Shown here: piece by piece, positions 61,296 to 64,000 of the stretch
How the letters are laid out: each line of letters begins with the position of its first letter
How positions within the stretch are numbered: position 1 is the first letter of the stretch
Source of the DNA: Prochlorococcus sp. AG-679-M23
GTDB lineage: Bacteria > Cyanobacteriota > Cyanobacteriia > PCC-6307 > Cyanobiaceae
Length of the DNA: 64,000 bases
Reading direction: 5' to 3'
NCBI GenBank assembly: GCA_003208875.1
Contig: QCUR01000005.1
Span: 84,434-148,433 of the forward strand
Made by a program: the position numbers and the translations under genes
Notes under the pieces: model-generated
Told to the model about the DNA's origin: nothing
The model's input: only the letters and a program-made list of their open reading frames with translations
Database searches by the model: none

Positions 61296-63001
61296 AGTAA
61301 AAAATATTTTTGAGCCATCGGTACTTCTTCAAGAGGTTCACAAGAAAGTAATACTCCATCAGCGAATACTTCATAAGTTTGAGGATCAACTGTGATATTT
61401 GGTAATTTATTATTCAATTTAAGATCTAATTTATTAATAGATCTTGTATTTTCTACAGCCAAACAATTTTTTTGTAAAGAAAGTTTGTTAGGAATATCAA
61501 GCTCGATTGCATTTTTACTCAAAAAAGTGAAAGAACTTTTTAAAAGTGATTGTCCATAATTCGCAAACATAGGTCTACCATGAACAGGTCCTGGAGTTGG
61601 AATTGAAGCATTCGCATCACCCATCTGAGACCAAACTATAGAACCTCCTTTGACAACTAATTCTGGTTTAACACCAAAAAAGGAAGGTTTCCACAAAACT
61701 AAATCCGCTATTTTACCGTTTTCAATAGACCCAACAAATCTATTAATTCCATGAGCAATAGCTGGATTAATAGTGACTTTAGAGATATATCTTTTAACTC
61801 TATAGTTATCATTTCTATCAGAATCTTCAGGTAAAGGACCCCTTTGAACTTTCATTTTATGTGCGGTTTGAAAAGTTCTTGTTATTACTTCTCCAACTCG
61901 TCCCATAGCCTGTGAATCACTTGCAATAATTGAAAACGCTCCAATATCATGCAAAATATCTTCAGCAGCTATTGTCTCCCTCCTTATTCTTGACTCTGCG
62001 AATGCAATATCTTCTGGAATTTTAGAATCTAAATGGTGACAGACCATTAACATGTCAAGATGTTCTTCTAGAGTATTTTTGGTGTAAGGCCTCGTTGGAT
62101 TAGTACTACTTGGTAAGACATTATTTTCTCCACAAATTTTAATAATATCTGGAGCATGACCACCCCCTGCTCCTTCAGTATGAAAAGTATGTATAGTTCG
62201 ACCTGCAATGGCAGCTATAGTATCTTCAACAAACCCTGCTTCATTCAAAGTATCAGTATGAATACATACTTGAACGTCTAGATTATCCGCAACATTAAGA
62301 CATGAATTTATAGTTGATGGAGTTGTACCCCAGTCTTCATGTAATTTCAAACCACAAGCACCAGCGTTTACTTGTTCAAAAAGATTTGTCTCATTAGATG
62401 AATTACCCTTGCCAAAAAAACCTAAATTAACAGGAAATGCTTCAGCAGATTGAATCATACGAGATATATGAAAAGCACCTGGAGTGCAGGTTGTAGCATT
62501 TGTTCCGGTAGCTGGCCCTGTTCCACCTCCTAACATAGTTGTCACACCAGAAGCTAATGAAGTTTCTATTTGTTGAGGACAAATAAAATGTATATGTGTA
62601 TCTATAGATCCTGCAGTAAGAATGTGTCCTTCACCAGCTATTACTTCAGTTGAAGAGCCAATAATAATATTTATATTATCTTGTATATCTGGATTTCCAG
62701 CTTTACCAATTTCATAAATTTTCCCATCTTTCAATCCGACATCAGCTTTAACAATTCCCCACCAATCAACTATTAAGGCATTTGTTATTACTGTATCAAC
62801 AGCTCCATCATCTCTGGTTACTTGAGACTGGCCCATCCCATCTCTGATAACCTTACCTCCTCCAAATTTAACTTCATCTCCATAAGTTGTAAAATCCTTT
62901 TCTACTTCAATTATTAATTCTGTATCTGCAAGTCTTACTCTATCTCCCTTTGTAGGTCCATATGTTTGAGCATAAGTTTTTCGATTAATTTTATAGGACA
63001 T
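61292..63001 (-). CDS. ureC: Urease alpha subunit
   Basis: [27 protein letters not shown]. Confidence 0.99.
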   Translation of the reverse strand: MSYKINRKTYAQTYGPTKGDRVRLADTELIIEVEKDFTTYGDEVKFGGGKVIRDGMGQSQVTRDDGAVDTVITNALIVDWWGIVKADVGLKDGKIYEIGKAGNPDIQDNINIIIGSSTEVIAGEGHILTAGSIDTHIHFICPQQIETSLASGVTTMLGGGTGPATGTNATTCTPGAFHISRMIQSAEAFPVNLGFFGKGNSSNETNLFEQVNAGACGLKLHEDWGTTPSTINSCLNVADNLDVQVCIHTDTLNEAGFVEDTIAAIAGRTIHTFHTEGAGGGHAPDIIKICGENNVLPSSTNPTRPYTKNTLEEHLDMLMVCHHLDSKIPEDIAFAESRIRRETIAAEDILHDIGAFSIIASDSQAMGRVGEVITRTFQTAHKMKVQRGPLPEDSDRNDNYRVKRYISKVTINPAIAHGINRFVGSIENGKIADLVLWKPSFFGVKPELVVKGGSIVWSQMGDANASIPTPGPVHGRPMFANYGQSLLKSSFTFLSKNAIELDIPNKLSLQKNCLAVENTRSINKLDLKLNNKLPNITVDPQTYEVFADGVLLSCEPLEEVPMAQKYFLL

Positions 63002-63006
63002 AATAT

Positions 63007-63327
63007 TTAAGAATCTAAAGGACCATTAATTAAAGCATTAAAACCGAAGGCATTTCTATATCCTGAATAAGGTACCAGTTTTACTTCTGTAGTATCTCCA
63101 GGTTCAAATCGTATTGCGGTTCCTGCTGGAATATCTAAACGCATACCAAGCGTAATTTCTCTTGTAAAAATTAAAGCTTTATTAGTTTCGAAAAAATGAT
63201 AATGAGATCCAACTTGAATAGGTCTATCCCCAGTGTTAGAAACAGTTAAAGTCTTCGCATTTTTACCAGAATTTAATTCAATATCACCATCTTCAGTAAT
63301 TATTTCTCCTGGTATTAAATATTCCAT
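63007..63327 (-). CDS. ureB: Urease beta subunit
   Basis: [23 protein letters not shown]. Confidence 0.99.
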   Translation of the reverse strand: MEYLIPGEIITEDGDIELNSGKNAKTLTVSNTGDRPIQVGSHYHFFETNKALIFTREITLGMRLDIPAGTAIRFEPGDTTEVKLVPYSGYRNAFGFNALINGPLDS

Positions 63328-63329
63328 AG

Positions 63330-63632
63330 TTAATTAATAGGATTGTGAATAGTTACCAATTTAGTACCATCTGGAAAGACAGCCTCAACTTGAACTTCAT
63401 CGACCATTTCAGAGATGCCATCCATTACTTGTTTTTTACTAAGCCAAGTTGTCCCTTCAGACATTAATTGACTAACACTTTTGCCATCTCTTGCACCCTC
63501 TAAAACTTGAAAGCATAAGAAAGCAACTGTTTCCGGATAATTAAGTTTTAGACCCCTATTGAGTCTTCTTTCAGCTAGTTGTGCAGCTGAAAAAATTAAT
63601 AATTTATCTTTTTCTTGAGGTGAAAGATGCAT
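63330..63632 (-). CDS. ureA: Urease gamma subunit
   Basis: [22 protein letters not shown]. Confidence 0.99.
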   Translation of the reverse strand: MHLSPQEKDKLLIFSAAQLAERRLNRGLKLNYPETVAFLCFQVLEGARDGKSVSQLMSEGTTWLSKKQVMDGISEMVDEVQVEAVFPDGTKLVTIHNPIN

Positions 63633-63692
63633 AAATAAAAATTAATCTAAAAATTGTCTTTAAAAAAGTTCTAAATGAACATAATTAGTAAT

Positions 63693-64000
63693 TTAAAGAT
63701 CTTGCAAAGGCCATACACCCTGATATTCTGGCTTACAAAACCCACAAACAGTTCTTATTTGTGTCCAAATAGAAAAAAAACATTTTCTTGCATCTTGTGA
63801 TGAAGTACCTAAGAATCTTATTGATAACCCATTTTCTAAAGTTCCTAAAGACAAATAATTATTATTTTCTTTAAAAATTATTTTTATTTTTTCTTTTAAG
63901 TAACTTATTTTTGTTTTAGGAAATTCTTTTTCACATATCCAAATTAAAGAACCAAAAACTGGCTTATAATCCATTCCACTTTTAGCTTCAAAACTAAATT
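63693..64000 (-). CDS. ureD: Urease accessory protein UreD, C-terminal part (runs off window end)
   Basis: Frame stays open to the window end; PVFGSL...RFLG...W..IR...WP; directly upstream of ureA. Confidence 0.85.
   Translation of the reverse strand, partial: FSFEAKSGMDYKPVFGSLIWICEKEFPKTKISYLKEKIKIIFKENNNYLSLGTLENGLSIRFLGTSSQDARKCFFSIWTQIRTVCGFCKPEYQGVWPLQDL

Overview
Very AT-rich, gene-dense chromosomal segment. Gene content, composition and tiny intergenic spacers point to a high-light-type Prochlorococcus marinus (inference from recognised proteins and recalled gene order, not a database search). It is mostly core genome, running from a partial dnaK through tRNA-Ser, hisZ, htpG, psaK, dxs, ilvA, pyk, glnA, secDF, pdhB, umuDC, dnaG, ruvA, dnaE, gatA, carA, trpD, msrA, tRNA-Pro, a glucosylglycerate cluster and ureCBA to a partial ureD. 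I saw no integrase, transposase, prophage or CRISPR array. Manual reading adds six genes missing from the ORF track: ndhP, a STAS protein lacking a usable ATG/GTG/TTG start, and four small membrane proteins. It also adds a LexA box and two NtcA-like sites. The best candidates for under-described biology are: (i) an HExxH metalloprotease-like gene directly behind LexA-controlled umuDC; (ii) the STAS gene, apparently starting at ATC/ATA and coupled to Mini-III/rlmB; (iii) a glucosylglycerate synthesis, phosphorolysis and glycerate-kinase loop next to urease; (iv) a 14-unit 18-bp repeat encoding a charged tail on RlmB. None can be called new without database checks.
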